Positions 1 through 10,536 of a stretch of 64,000 nt of DNA are shown here, piece by piece (position 1 is the stretch's first letter; each line of letters opens with the position of its first letter). Source of the stretch: Candidatus Poribacteria bacterium (GTDB lineage: Bacteria; Poribacteria; WGA-4E; WGA-3G); contig OZ243938.1 in NCBI GenBank assembly GCA_965214095.1, positions 1,920,001-1,984,000 of the forward strand. The letters are read 5' to 3'. The position numbers were made by a program, and so were the translations under genes. A model generated the notes under the pieces. That model was not told the DNA's origin, ran no database searches, and saw only the letters and a list, made by a program, of their open reading frames with translations.

Positions 1-1748
1 GCTTTAGCATGTTCAGGTTTTAGTTTAATTGCATGATTGTAATCTGCAATTGCACCATCAAAATCTTTGGACTTGCGTTTCGCATTACCACGATCTATAT
101 AAGCAAAGTAAGTGTAAAACCTGTCTTCAAGATTCAGTTCGATTGCATGCGTATAATCCTCTATGGCACCAGTATAGTCCTCAAGTTCTACTTTTACATG
201 CCCGCGAAGCCTGTAGGAATAAGGTTCTTTGGGTTTTAGTTTTATTGCTTGAGTATAGTCTTCGATTGCGGCAGCATACTCTCTAAGTTTACGTTTTGCT
301 GAACCGCGATTGTTGTATCCGTAAGTATCATTCGGTTGAAGCTTAATTGCTTCGGTAAAATCTTCAATCGCTCCAGTGCTATTACCACTTTCCAACTCTG
401 CACGTCCACGACTATTTATAATGAAGTAAGAGTCATCAGGCTTCAGTATTAGTGCCTGATTATAGTCTTCAATTGCCCCGATGAAATCTTTGAGTTTAAG
501 TCTTACCTGCGCGCGTTGAATATAGATGTTTCCATCTTGAGGATTATGCTTAATGGCTTGTGTATAGTCTTCAATTGCGCCAGTATCGTCTCCGCTCTGA
601 GTCTTCGCCCAAGCGCGTGCAGTATAGGCATTAACATCATCAGGTTTTAGTTTGAGGACTTGTGTAAAATCTTCTATTGCTCCCGCATAATCCCGTTTCG
701 CTGACTTTTCATGACCGCGTTCTTTGTAATTACTAACATCTTCAGAAGATCGTTCTGATTCAATAAATGTTCGTGTTATCGTTGTAACGACTGTACCATC
801 CTTACGTGACTGCACCTCAAGTGTCTTTCCCTCAAGTATCTTTTTTATCTCATCAAGTTTTTTTTGAATTTCAAGATCGGTCGGGATTAGTTTCAATACA
901 TGATTATAGTCATCTATTGCCCCTTTATAATCTCCAAGTGTACTTTTTGCGTCTCCACGTATCTTATAGATTTTCAGATCATCAGGATTCAGTTCAATTG
1001 CTTGATTGAAATCTTTTATTGCTTTTTCAACGTTCCCATCATAATATTTCTGCCATCCTCGCATGTGATAGAAATAAGCACGGACATTTTTTCGCTTCCG
1101 CCACTTTCCCAGAGGCTCCGTAGAAATAGAATCCTCTATCAATGCCTTGATTGCACTGGAAGGTCTCGCGTCGTAACCGTGTCCAACATGAATACCAATG
1201 ATTTCACCTTTGCTGTTTAACATTGGACTACCACTGTTTCCCGGATACGCATCAACGGTCGTCTTCAACCATTTATCGCTCTTGCGTATATCTTTGACAA
1301 CACCGTCTACAACCTTGAATTCTCCTAATTTAGGGTAGCCTGCAAGGAAGACGGTCTCTCCGATCTGAAGTGTATCAATGTCAGCCAATGGTAGTGGGAC
1401 ACCTTCACCTTTTATCTTCAGGATAGCAATGTCACTCTTGATATCAAATGCCATAACACCTTCTACTAACCAGATTGTTTCTTTGTGATTTAATTTAGCA
1501 GTAATAGGTCCGATTGTACATCCTGCTGCAACGTGAAAATTTGTTGCTATCATATCTGGTGTCACAAAGAATCCCGAACCACCACCAGGTAACCCGACTA
1601 TGCGTACAGTAGATTCCATTGCCATTTCCGATATTTTGTCAGTTTCTGTTGACTTTTCGGTATTTTCGGCAGTTTCCTGTGCATAAGAAAGTGAAAGAAA
1701 TAACCCAAGAACCAAGAACCACAATAAAAGATTTATGTAGCGTCTCAT
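1..1748 (-). CDS. Secreted trypsin-like serine protease with C-terminal TPR repeats (runs off the left edge)
   Basis: Hand translation: MRRYINLLLWFLVLG signal peptide, GSGFFV, TNFHV, DIAIL, GNSGSP triad motifs, then repeats such as DFDGAIADYNHAIKLKPEHAK. Absent from the ORF track because there is no stop inside the window. Confidence 0.88.
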   Translation of the reverse strand, partial: MRRYINLLLWFLVLGLFLSLSYAQETAENTEKSTETDKISEMAMESTVRIVGLPGGGSGFFVTPDMIATNFHVAAGCTIGPITAKLNHKETIWLVEGVMAFDIKSDIAILKIKGEGVPLPLADIDTLQIGETVFLAGYPKLGEFKVVDGVVKDIRKSDKWLKTTVDAYPGNSGSPMLNSKGEIIGIHVGHGYDARPSSAIKALIEDSISTEPLGKWRKRKNVRAYFYHMRGWQKYYDGNVEKAIKDFNQAIELNPDDLKIYKIRGDAKSTLGDYKGAIDDYNHVLKLIPTDLEIQKKLDEIKKILEGKTLEVQSRKDGTVVTTITRTFIESERSSEDVSNYKERGHEKSAKRDYAGAIEDFTQVLKLKPDDVNAYTARAWAKTQSGDDTGAIEDYTQAIKHNPQDGNIYIQRAQVRLKLKDFIGAIEDYNQALILKPDDSYFIINSRGRAELESGNSTGAIEDFTEAIKLQPNDTYGYNNRGSAKRKLREYAAAIEDYTQAIKLKPKEPYSYRLRGHVKVELEDYTGAIEDYTHAIELNLEDRFYTYFAYIDRGNAKRKSKDFDGAIADYNHAIKLKPEHAK

Positions 1749-1777
1749 TTTATTCTCTCCAAGCAGGTGTGCTAATT

Positions 1778-2848
1778 TTAAATAAAAGGCACCTTCACGA
1801 TTTTCGCAGGGTGCAATTTACCCCGGATGTCGATTTCAACCGTTTTCTTTGTTTTTACAGATATAGACGCAAAACCGATATTACATTTCAAACTTGGCGA
1901 CGGTGCTCCACTCGTCACCTTACCGATAGAACGACCATTCTTATAGACTTCATACCCACAGCGTGCAACAGCGCGGTCCAGCATTTGAAATCCTACTAAT
2001 TTCTTACGCAAATCACCATTCTCTTTTTGTGTAAGAAGAACGTCCTTACCAATAAAATCACCTTTGTCTAACTTAACAAAACGTCCAAGTCCTGCCTCAT
2101 AAGGTGTTGTGTCGTCATCCATATCCATGCCATAGAGACGGAGTCCAGCTTCAAGTCTTAAGGTGTCGCGCGCGCCAAGTCCAACTGGCAATCCTCCCGC
2201 TTCTATCACAGCAGGATAAAGAGCATTCCATAAACCTTCTGCACTGTTGGCATTAACATATAACTCAAACCCTATCTCCCCTGTATATCCAGTACGTGAA
2301 ATCGCAGTGCGAATTCCTGCAACCTCACCAATGACAAACCGAAAAAATGATATTTCAGAAACATCATGATCAGGAACAAAAGGATTTAGTATTTCAATTG
2401 ACTTTGGACCTTGAAGTGCGATAAGCGTAGTGTTTTCACTGTCGTCAGTAATTTCTGCTCCTGCGTCGTTTTGTGCTTTAACCCATGCGAGATCTTTTTC
2501 AATATTAGCAGCGTTAACAACAAGAGTGTAATCATTTTCAGCATGTCGGTAGACAAGGATGTCATCTACTATACCCCCGCTGTCATTACACAGCAGTGTA
2601 TATTGCACCTGACCATCAACTAACCGACTGACATCGTTTGTGCAAAGTTTTTGAACTAAATCGTCTGCTCCTCTACCTTTAACATCCAATTCTCCCATGT
2701 GTGACAGATCAAACAGACCAGCAGTAGAACGAACAGCGAGATGTTCCTTGACAATACTGCTATATTGTAGCGGCATTTCCCACCCACCGAATTCTGTGAA
2801 TTTCGCATTTAGGGATTTATGAATTTCGTAAAGCGTTGTTCTTTTCAT
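1778..2848 (-). CDS. gcvT: Glycine cleavage system aminomethyltransferase T
   Basis: MKRTTLY, FGGWEMPLQY, GLFDLSHMG, SRTGYTGE, GLGARDTLRLEAG motifs. Confidence 0.97.
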   Translation of the reverse strand: MKRTTLYEIHKSLNAKFTEFGGWEMPLQYSSIVKEHLAVRSTAGLFDLSHMGELDVKGRGADDLVQKLCTNDVSRLVDGQVQYTLLCNDSGGIVDDILVYRHAENDYTLVVNAANIEKDLAWVKAQNDAGAEITDDSENTTLIALQGPKSIEILNPFVPDHDVSEISFFRFVIGEVAGIRTAISRTGYTGEIGFELYVNANSAEGLWNALYPAVIEAGGLPVGLGARDTLRLEAGLRLYGMDMDDDTTPYEAGLGRFVKLDKGDFIGKDVLLTQKENGDLRKKLVGFQMLDRAVARCGYEVYKNGRSIGKVTSGAPSPSLKCNIGFASISVKTKKTVEIDIRGKLHPAKIVKVPFI

Positions 2849-3603
2849 CTCTCCAATCCATAGATACGCGCAAGATTATCACCAAAAATCAACGTTTCAG
2901 CATCATCACCGAGTTCCAAACGTTTTAGAGCATTGATAACTTGAATCGGTCTATATTCAGGTAAATTAGAACCAAACACTATCTGTTCCGGTCCGAGTGC
3001 ATCAACTGCAGACTTTACCTCTGTCGGAACAACTGTATCTGGGTCATTTCCCCACCGACGATGGAAACGTAAAATAGTTGTGCCGAGATAGATGTTTTTA
3101 TTTGTTTTTGCGACAGAGATCGCATCCTCTAAATCATCTGGAAATCCCATGTGATCCATAATCACTGGTGTCTCAGGTACCCAACTTGCAACGTTGCCAA
3201 TCCGATTTGGATGACAATTATTCGGTCCAGAGTGAATTGAAACGATCAATCCAAAGTCACGCGCAGCTTCTACAACAGGTCGCACGATTGGGTCATCCAC
3301 ATTATAATTGTGTATAGCTGGCATCAACTTAATACCCGGCATTTCCCATTCCTCAGCCGCATATTTGACCTGTAAAATTGGGTCAGGTTCTGTCGGATGC
3401 ACAAGAGCACATCCAAGTGTACGTTGGTTACCGCGTATCACATCGGCAAGCTCAGCGTTTTGAGGCGTCGGTTGCGGAGTTGGCATGACGACTGCTACAT
3501 CCATAGATGCTTCGTCTTCTAATTCAAGCAAGGCATTCAGATCTAAATTCCCAGATTCATCACGAAATTCATCATTGAGATATGCTTCAAAATCACCACG
3601 CAT
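2845..3603 (-). CDS. Amidohydrolase_2-like TIM-barrel protein
   Basis: GIKLMP, VSIHSG, IMDHMG, VFGSNLP, IFGDNLARI; start set at MRGDF after an AGGAAGG RBS. Confidence 0.8.
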   Translation of the reverse strand: MRGDFEAYLNDEFRDESGNLDLNALLELEDEASMDVAVVMPTPQPTPQNAELADVIRGNQRTLGCALVHPTEPDPILQVKYAAEEWEMPGIKLMPAIHNYNVDDPIVRPVVEAARDFGLIVSIHSGPNNCHPNRIGNVASWVPETPVIMDHMGFPDDLEDAISVAKTNKNIYLGTTILRFHRRWGNDPDTVVPTEVKSAVDALGPEQIVFGSNLPEYRPIQVINALKRLELGDDAETLIFGDNLARIYGLER

Positions 3604-3634
3604 AAGAACCTTCCTTAATCTATTGTTGTAGGTA

Positions 3635-4696
3635 TCATTCTTTGATAAGAATTGCACCATTTTCTATGTCAGTTTCAAAAAGCACATTTTCTGAGATCAG
3701 ATCATTGCGATACTGTGTATAAACCGATTCTGCTGAATCAATATTGGGAAAACGGATGACGAAGACATGATATGGTGTTGCGGTATTCTTAGAATCTTTG
3801 GTGTTGTATTGTGCCATAACCCCAATCGCGTTTTCAACCAATTGCGGAAACGTTTCAGGTAAAGTTTTATTGATTTGATGCAATGTCCAATCTGTCGTAA
3901 ATAACTTTTCGCTACCACGGATATATTGAGTAGGTAATAGTTCCAATAGCTGAATTTTTTGTTGAGGGTCTTTTATACGTTTTGCAGTAACTTGGGCGAG
4001 TTCTATCATTGCCTTCCGAATACCGGTTGCTATGGCATATCCTTCTATTTGTATGAAGTACTTTCCTTTCCAAAACCAGAGATTTCTCCCAGAAATAATC
4101 GCTTTGCAACCGACCCATTCATATTTTGGGTGTGGATAACTACTAACACTGAATATTCCGAAAGCATTTTCAGGGGTACCCATATCAAAAATCTCTAGCA
4201 GGATATATGGTTCTGAACCAAATTTGGGACTTTGGTATTCTACCTCTGCTTGTGCTTGAAATCCGTAATGGTGGTATATTTCAGGATATATTTCAGAGGG
4301 AACATATCTGTCTATATACAGTGTTTCAGTGTTATATGTTGTTGGTTTGTTAGCACGTACCCAATCATTGATTTCACCATCTTTAGGTAAGAGCGTTTCG
4401 GGTTTTGCCGTTGTCAGGTAAGGAAGTGTAGAATTAGTTGCAGCATCAGCATTATTGGGTAACGTGCTGTCCTGTTGTAGTGGTTTCTGCTTTTGAGAGT
4501 ACGACTGAATATTTTCTGAAATATCAGCTATGATTCCTTGAGCATTTTTGGCTGTGGGTGCTTTCCATACCCCATAAACATACCTATTCTCCTGATTAAT
4601 AGATGTCAAATTACCTTGTTCCGATCCACATGAAATGAAGATCGAAATACTGAGAAAGTATATACAGAATACATTGCGGAATTTCATCTTTACCAC
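3635..4696 (-). CDS. Lipoprotein, DUF6599-like
   Basis: Lipobox FISCG; LEIFDMGTPENAFGIFS and FWKGKYFIQI motifs. Confidence 0.6.
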   Translation of the reverse strand: MVKMKFRNVFCIYFLSISIFISCGSEQGNLTSINQENRYVYGVWKAPTAKNAQGIIADISENIQSYSQKQKPLQQDSTLPNNADAATNSTLPYLTTAKPETLLPKDGEINDWVRANKPTTYNTETLYIDRYVPSEIYPEIYHHYGFQAQAEVEYQSPKFGSEPYILLEIFDMGTPENAFGIFSVSSYPHPKYEWVGCKAIISGRNLWFWKGKYFIQIEGYAIATGIRKAMIELAQVTAKRIKDPQQKIQLLELLPTQYIRGSEKLFTTDWTLHQINKTLPETFPQLVENAIGVMAQYNTKDSKNTATPYHVFVIRFPNIDSAESVYTQYRNDLISENVLFETDIENGAILIKE

Positions 4697-5313
4697 TGTT
4701 CTGCAAGTTGATTGTAAAGGTCCTCAATGAGTTCCTCAATTATCAAATTTTTTGCCTGATCCACTGTTTCTGGCGGTTCCCCACGATTCTCCACTACATA
4801 AAAGTCGTGTATCTGCAGATGGTTATCTCTTTTTTCTATTATATTGTTTCTAATTCTATCAACAAATTGGTATTCCACTTGTAGACTCATCCGGACTAAT
4901 TCTACATTACCACTCGGTCCAAACCCGTGTTCCTTTATATCATAATGTTGTATCTTTATAGTGAGTTCTGAATCGTTTCCATCATTCCATTTCCTATTAA
5001 AACGTTCAGTTAGTTTTTCATGAATGACTTCATCAAAAGGTCGTTGTGAAACGTCATCGTAAGCGATATCGGCATCATTAACTTCAACAGGTGGTATGTT
5101 GATTGACTTAATATGCTCCAGATAGGAGGAGGTAGAGACATAACCACATCCGATCACTGCACTAAAGAGTGCAGATAAACATAAGTACAACACAACTGAA
5201 AGTACAATGTTACTATTATGAAGATGTCCTTTTCGTTGCTGCAATGTTTTCACAGATAATAAAGAGATTAATTGGAATAATCGTTTGTTATAAAGTGTCC
5301 ATTTGATACCCAT
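4690..5313 (-). CDS. LptE-like lipoprotein
   Basis: Hydrophobic stretch then IGCGY, followed by EHIKSINIPP and a C-terminal amphipathic helix; start uncertain. Confidence 0.55.
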   Translation of the reverse strand: MGIKWTLYNKRLFQLISLLSVKTLQQRKGHLHNSNIVLSVVLYLCLSALFSAVIGCGYVSTSSYLEHIKSINIPPVEVNDADIAYDDVSQRPFDEVIHEKLTERFNRKWNDGNDSELTIKIQHYDIKEHGFGPSGNVELVRMSLQVEYQFVDRIRNNIIEKRDNHLQIHDFYVVENRGEPPETVDQAKNLIIEELIEDLYNQLAEQW

Positions 5314-5578
5314 ATATATTCCCTTTAAATTTGAAGAAAAACTGGAGTGGATTGATAGGCTTAACCTGCGGACGTTCAGGCTGCTTTTCTCTCCCAAAAC
5401 GCAACACTCGGAAAAAGTCAATGATATATTTCTTTACAGGTGGAATAGATAAAACTACAAACAGGATGATAAGTATGATTAGGATGAATGCCAAAAGGTT
5501 TGTCATCCATTTCTGTGCAAGTAAATCACCTTTTTCTTTTTGAATTTGTCGCCTAACACGAGGGTTACGAGTTCTCAT
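5288..5578 (-). CDS. Small single-pass membrane protein
   Basis: Basic N-terminus and one TM segment; co-oriented with and overlapping the next gene. Confidence 0.5.
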   Translation of the reverse strand: MRTRNPRVRRQIQKEKGDLLAQKWMTNLLAFILIILIILFVVLSIPPVKKYIIDFFRVLRFGREKQPERPQVKPINPLQFFFKFKGNIYGYQMDTL

Positions 5579-5742
5579 TAGACACACCTATCGGTAATAT
5601 GGAAAATATAAGATTTAAATTCTGCTGAGAGGAACGAGATATAACTATTCAGACGGCGAACGCAATTGATACATTCGCCGTTGATTTAGTTGATCTGAAA
5701 TCAGATTTCTTCAGTTAATTTTGCAGATTGTGGATCGTCTGA

Positions 5743-8094
5743 TTAGAATCTGCCTTTCGGTATACGAGGTGACCTACGATTTCTGTTATCACGCGAGTTA
5801 TCTCTTTGGTCATATCGGTTGTTACGCCTATCCCGATTATCCCGTGAATCCCGTGAATCCCGATTGTCACGATTATCTCGTGAATCCCGATTGTCACGGT
5901 TATCCCGATTGTCACGGTAAGGACGATTCTCACGGTAATTTGACCTACCTTGTTCGCGTGGTTCTGGTTCCACATCTGAATCAGATGATGAGGTATCAAG
6001 CTCTTCTATTGGAACACCTTTGGCTGCAATAAGAGACAAGTCAACCCTTCCCTGTTCATCAATCGTCAAGATTCGCACAGTTACCTCGTCTCCAACCTGC
6101 ATAACATCTTCTGCTCTACGAACATAGCCATCACCCATCTGTGAGATGTGAACAAGTCCATCTTTCCCAGGCAGAATCTCAACAAATGCTCCGAAGGATG
6201 CTGTCCGAACAACCTTGCCTGTGTATTCTTTTCCGATTTCAGGCATCGCCGTAACTGCACGGACTTTTTCCTCAGCATTTTTGACACCCTCTGCACTTGT
6301 TGAAGCGATTTCAACTGTTCCGTCATCATCAATATTGATCGTCGTACCCGTTTCTTCCTGAATACCTTGGACGGTTTTACCACGAGGTCCGATGAGGTCT
6401 TTAATCTTCTCTGTAGCAATCTGGAGTGTGTAGATACGTGGTGCATAAGGTGACAATTCGGCACGAGGTGTACTAATGAGAGCGTTCATCTGCTCAATGA
6501 CAGCAATGCGTGCCTCACGTGCTTGGTGGATGGCTTTCCGCATCAGCTCAGGGGTAACACCGTCGATTTTAATATCCATCTGAACAGCAGTTACACCTTC
6601 TGTTGTTCCTGCTACCTTGAAGTCCATATCACCAAGGAAATCTTCAGTGCCAAGCATATCTGTCAGAATAACTTCGTGTTCACCTTCTTTGACAAGTCCA
6701 ACACCAATACCCGCAACCGGTCTTTTTAATGGAACTCCAGCATCAAGTAGTGCTAATGTTGCTCCGCACACAGTCGCCATTGATGAAGATGCATTGGATT
6801 CCAATATTTCAGATACTACACGGATGGTATAGTTAAAGTCCTCTTTGCTCGGAACAACAGGTTCAAGTGCTTTTTCAGCAAGTGCACCGTGTCCAATTTC
6901 TCTACGTCCTGGTCCCATCATGCGTTTGACTTCACCAGTGCTAAAGGGTGGGAAGTTATAATGTAAGAAGAAACCGCGACGGATTTCTCCATCCAATCCA
7001 CGCTGTACATCTTCATCACCAGAGGTGCCAAGAGTCGTGACACAAAGTGCCTGCGTCTGTCCTCGGGTAAAGAGTGCTGAACCGTGGGTGCGTGGGAGTA
7101 GGGCGACTTCACCCGAAATGGATCGTATATCTGTAACACCACGTCCATCAACCCGTTTGCCTTCATCAAGTATGGCTTGACGCATCTGCTCTTTTTCTAT
7201 ATCACTCAAGATAGAACGTGCATCTTTTTCTGCACTTGGGTCAATTTCTTCTGAGGCATCCTCTTGAATTTCGGCGAGGATATCCGCTTGAATCTGTTCA
7301 AGGTAATCTTCACGAAGTTGCTTGTCTGCCATTCCAATTGATTCGCGGATCCGAGCCGTTGCGAGGTCCCTGATCCTTGTATTTAATGTATCCTCTACTC
7401 CTTCTGATTGATATTCACGTTTCTCCTGACTACAGACAGCAACGATACCTTCTTGGAGTTTGATAATTTCTTTTATCTGTTCGTGTGCCGCGATGATTGT
7501 GTCTATTACTTCGTCTTCTGGAGTTTCGTGTCCTCCCCCTTCAACAGACATCACAGCATTTGATGTGCCGCTTACAAATAGTTCCATCTCTGAGGAATGC
7601 AATTCCTCGTAGGTAGGATTAATTATTAATTTACCATCTTTTTTCCCAACGGTCACGGCGGCTACCGGACCACTAAACGGAATATTGGACACAGAAAGCG
7701 CAGCAGAGGTTCCTATGAGTGCAGGCACATCTGCAGGATGCACACCATCTGATGAATATACAGTACATAATACTTGTACTTCTGCCTTAAATTCCTTTGG
7801 AAAAAGTGGACGTATACAGTGGTCAATCAAACGGGCGACCAACTGTTCTGAGGATCCGGGTCTCGGTTCACGTCTACCATACACCGTTGGAATACGTCCG
7901 TTAGCGTAGGACCTCTCTCTATAATCTACTGTCAATGGAAAAAAATCTAAATCGTTCTCCCTATCATCTGCTACTACAGTCACTAAGACAACTGTTCCAC
8001 CGTATTGTACCCACACGGCACCATCTGCCTGTTTAGCAACTTTCCCCATTTCAATCGATAAGTTTTCACTTCCGAGTTGCATTTCAACTTTCAC
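5743..8094 (-). CDS. pnp: Polyribonucleotide nucleotidyltransferase with an R/D-rich tail
   Basis: DFFPLTVDYRE, RRE.GHG, ESNASSSMA, GDMDFKVAG; KH and S1 domains. Confidence 0.98.
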   Translation of the reverse strand: MKVEMQLGSENLSIEMGKVAKQADGAVWVQYGGTVVLVTVVADDRENDLDFFPLTVDYRERSYANGRIPTVYGRREPRPGSSEQLVARLIDHCIRPLFPKEFKAEVQVLCTVYSSDGVHPADVPALIGTSAALSVSNIPFSGPVAAVTVGKKDGKLIINPTYEELHSSEMELFVSGTSNAVMSVEGGGHETPEDEVIDTIIAAHEQIKEIIKLQEGIVAVCSQEKREYQSEGVEDTLNTRIRDLATARIRESIGMADKQLREDYLEQIQADILAEIQEDASEEIDPSAEKDARSILSDIEKEQMRQAILDEGKRVDGRGVTDIRSISGEVALLPRTHGSALFTRGQTQALCVTTLGTSGDEDVQRGLDGEIRRGFFLHYNFPPFSTGEVKRMMGPGRREIGHGALAEKALEPVVPSKEDFNYTIRVVSEILESNASSSMATVCGATLALLDAGVPLKRPVAGIGVGLVKEGEHEVILTDMLGTEDFLGDMDFKVAGTTEGVTAVQMDIKIDGVTPELMRKAIHQAREARIAVIEQMNALISTPRAELSPYAPRIYTLQIATEKIKDLIGPRGKTVQGIQEETGTTINIDDDGTVEIASTSAEGVKNAEEKVRAVTAMPEIGKEYTGKVVRTASFGAFVEILPGKDGLVHISQMGDGYVRRAEDVMQVGDEVTVRILTIDEQGRVDLSLIAAKGVPIEELDTSSSDSDVEPEPREQGRSNYRENRPYRDNRDNRDNRDSRDNRDNRDSRDSRDNRDRRNNRYDQRDNSRDNRNRRSPRIPKGRF
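5822..5920 (-). repeat. 9-nt coding tandem repeats (RDN/RDS) in the pnp 3' end
   Basis: cccgtgaat/cccgattgt/cacgattat units encoding RDNRDNRDNRDSRDN. Confidence 0.9.
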
Positions 8095-8145
8095 TCAATT
8101 TCCTCCTAACTAATACTCTTACACAAAATGCCTACGGTGGAATAT

Positions 8146-8445
8146 TTAACTTCTTTGAGACCCAATTGTGTCGCGAATTCCAAGTTCATTTATTAAACGA
8201 TAATATCGTGGGACATCCTTCTTATATAGATACCTTAACAAACGACGTTGTTTTCCTACCAAACGAAATAGTCCGTATCTTGAATGGTGATCTTTTTTAT
8301 GTGTCTGAAAATGCTCTGTTAATTCCTGAATACGAGCATTTAATACCGCGACTTGCGCTTCAGGCGAACCGGTGTCTCGATCATGTATTTGGTGCTGTTG
8401 GATCAATTCCTGCTTCTTTGCTGCATCAATTGCCAAACTTTTCAC
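8146..8445 (-). CDS. rpsO: 30S ribosomal protein S15
   Basis: [21 protein letters not shown] motifs; lies upstream of pnp. Confidence 0.98.
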   Translation of the reverse strand: MKSLAIDAAKKQELIQQHQIHDRDTGSPEAQVAVLNARIQELTEHFQTHKKDHHSRYGLFRLVGKQRRLLRYLYKKDVPRYYRLINELGIRDTIGSQRS

Positions 8446-8573
8446 CTCCTGCTTCTTTAGAATTTACATAGAAATTATCAAATAATCTCTATGATATAAT
8501 AAAGCACGACGGATATAGTTTTGCCGTGCCTAATTTTTCTCATCTAACATAATATCATTCATATTGATGCTTA

Positions 8574-8602
8574 ATTATATCATAGAATAGTATGGATTTC
8601 AA
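8574..8602 (-). promoter_or_regulatory. Sigma70 promoter of rpsO-pnp
   Basis: TTGAAA-17-TATAAT with extended -10 TG. Confidence 0.75.
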
Positions 8603-8694
8603 GTATATTTCAGTTTTAGGGTATGTGCAGTTTTTGGCATGCGTTTTTCTGTCTAAATAACAGGTTATAGTGGATTTCACCAAATCAAGAGTAT

Positions 8695-8790
8695 TATAGT
8701 AGGTTTTGAAATTACTTGAACACTCAGCATCGGCGAGGTTAGGAAACCTCGCCTACCGTGGGTGTCAACTTATATTTATAATTCACTATA
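8695..8790. mobile_element. MITE-like element with TATAGT...ACTATA ends carrying a GTAG-REP-like hairpin
   Basis: Near-identical to 49458-49560; core ggcgaggttaggaaacctcgcctac. Confidence 0.75.
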
Positions 8791-8823
8791 ATAGATGTAG
8801 CATTCAACGGATTTTGCAGATTA

Positions 8824-9843
8824 TCAATCCCAATCCAACACAACCCCCGTCCAAACATCAGGTTCATCAAGCAATCCATCGTAAGCTTGCTTAATCTGTT
8901 CAGGCTTGAGACGATGAGAGATCAACGATTCAACATCCAACTCCGTGCGGGCAATCCAATCAAAAATAGTCTGCTGCTTACTCAATTGTGATACGCGATT
9001 GCCAGTATCAGGATACATCGGAACGCACCATTCCAACGCACCGCGGATCGTTATCCAACGTAGATGTGTATCAGAAAGAAGTTCTGTCAAATCTCCAGTA
9101 ACAGAAACACGTGGTGAACCGAGTATCACAAGTTGACCATAACTCGCAGTCGCGCGGAGTGCTTGCATAACAACACTGCTATGACCAACCGCATCAACAG
9201 TGATGTTCCCCAGTTCTCCATTGGTTAATTCTTGTATCTGTGCTTGCACTTCCTCCGCATCTCCTCCGACAGTATGTTCAATACCACACCGTTCCGCTAA
9301 TTTTCGCCGCTCCGCTACAGGATCCACACCGATAACACGACAACCGTGAAGTTGAAATATCTGCGATGCGAGGTTGCCAACCAACCCTAATCCGAATACA
9401 ATAACACGTGCATTAGTGCCAATCTCTGAGACAATAATAGAAGTCATCGCTACACCTGCCATCCGAGATGCTGCGACAACTCCTGGATCAATAGAATCAC
9501 TTACAGGAGCTATCAATCTATCTTGTGTATACCGAATAATTGAGGCGTGTCTTCCATAAGTAAAGACTCTATCACCAGGTGCAGCACGAGTAACATTTGC
9601 CCCGACATCACGCACAACCCCAACATTCGCATAACCGGACCGCCACGGATATGCACACCACGAACCTCTTTGAAATACTTTCGGTTCTCTACCTGTATAA
9701 TTTGCCAATTCAGTACCGCTACTGATGAATGTGTATTCTGTGTCTATCAATAATTCGTTAGGTGATTGTATAGATGCATCAAATTCATTGGTCTGAAGTT
9801 CTACTTTGTTCTGTCCAGTTACAACCACCTCTCTAATTTTCAT
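8824..9843 (-). CDS. Zinc-binding alcohol dehydrogenase (MDR) family protein
   Basis: ISSGTE, GYANVG, GLGLVG Rossmann motif. Confidence 0.88.
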   Translation of the reverse strand: MKIREVVVTGQNKVELQTNEFDASIQSPNELLIDTEYTFISSGTELANYTGREPKVFQRGSWCAYPWRSGYANVGVVRDVGANVTRAAPGDRVFTYGRHASIIRYTQDRLIAPVSDSIDPGVVAASRMAGVAMTSIIVSEIGTNARVIVFGLGLVGNLASQIFQLHGCRVIGVDPVAERRKLAERCGIEHTVGGDAEEVQAQIQELTNGELGNITVDAVGHSSVVMQALRATASYGQLVILGSPRVSVTGDLTELLSDTHLRWITIRGALEWCVPMYPDTGNRVSQLSKQQTIFDWIARTELDVESLISHRLKPEQIKQAYDGLLDEPDVWTGVVLDWD

Positions 9844-10159
9844 ATTCGTTTCCCTCTGCTAATTCTTTGAGCTTAATCTCACGAATGAGTGATTTCGTCT
9901 TATGATATCTATAAAGTCCAAGAAAAAAAGTCACAGCACCAATGAACATAAATAACCCACCTATTGCACCGTCAGCAATCGGTGAATTCATAATATGGAA
10001 ATGTACAAAGGATAATCCTGCAACAAATAGCGTCAAAGCCGTGCGGATGTAGGCGAGGAAGGTTCGCTCATTGGCAAGTATAGTTCTGTCCGCAGCCAGA
10101 TGATCCCGAAGTATCAACTGGCCCTTGATACTTTCATAAGGTTTCTCATGTTCTACCAT
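9833..10159 (-). CDS. DUF202/YidH-family membrane protein
   Basis: RDHLAADRTILANERTFLAYIRT. Confidence 0.9.
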   Translation of the reverse strand: MVEHEKPYESIKGQLILRDHLAADRTILANERTFLAYIRTALTLFVAGLSFVHFHIMNSPIADGAIGGLFMFIGAVTFFLGLYRYHKTKSLIREIKLKELAEGNEYEN

Positions 10160-10184
10160 TTAGTACAATATGTTCCTTTTTAAT

Positions 10185-10517
10185 TCAGATAAAAGAGACT
10201 ATACAGATTACACCGATGATCCAACCATAAAAGATACTCATTAATCGAACTATTTTCGCAGTTTTACGATAGTGCATCGTATACAGGGCAGGATGCTGCG
10301 AGTAAATCTCAACACGTTTTGAAATGGACAAATCAATTCGTGGTATTAGAATATACACGACAAGGACGACTATCGCAAGCGCAAGAATATTAATCTTAGG
10401 AAGAATACTCAGACATAAACCGAAAATTCCCCAACGCCATTTTGAAACACTTCTTCGCGCATCCGACTTTGCAGTGTTAATCAGCAGTGCTGAAGATGTC
10501 ATGCTTGAGTGTTTCAT
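10185..10517 (-). CDS. Hypothetical membrane protein
   Basis: Several hydrophobic segments; fills the gap in a co-oriented gene run. Confidence 0.5.
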   Translation of the reverse strand: MKHSSMTSSALLINTAKSDARRSVSKWRWGIFGLCLSILPKINILALAIVVLVVYILIPRIDLSISKRVEIYSQHPALYTMHYRKTAKIVRLMSIFYGWIIGVICIVSFI

Positions 10518-10536
10518 TTGTCTTTTCTGCTACCTA

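Noticed and set aside
5715-6032. Alternative-frame ORFs with IGIT/PDC repeats
   Set aside because: Shadows of the 9-nt repeats in pnp
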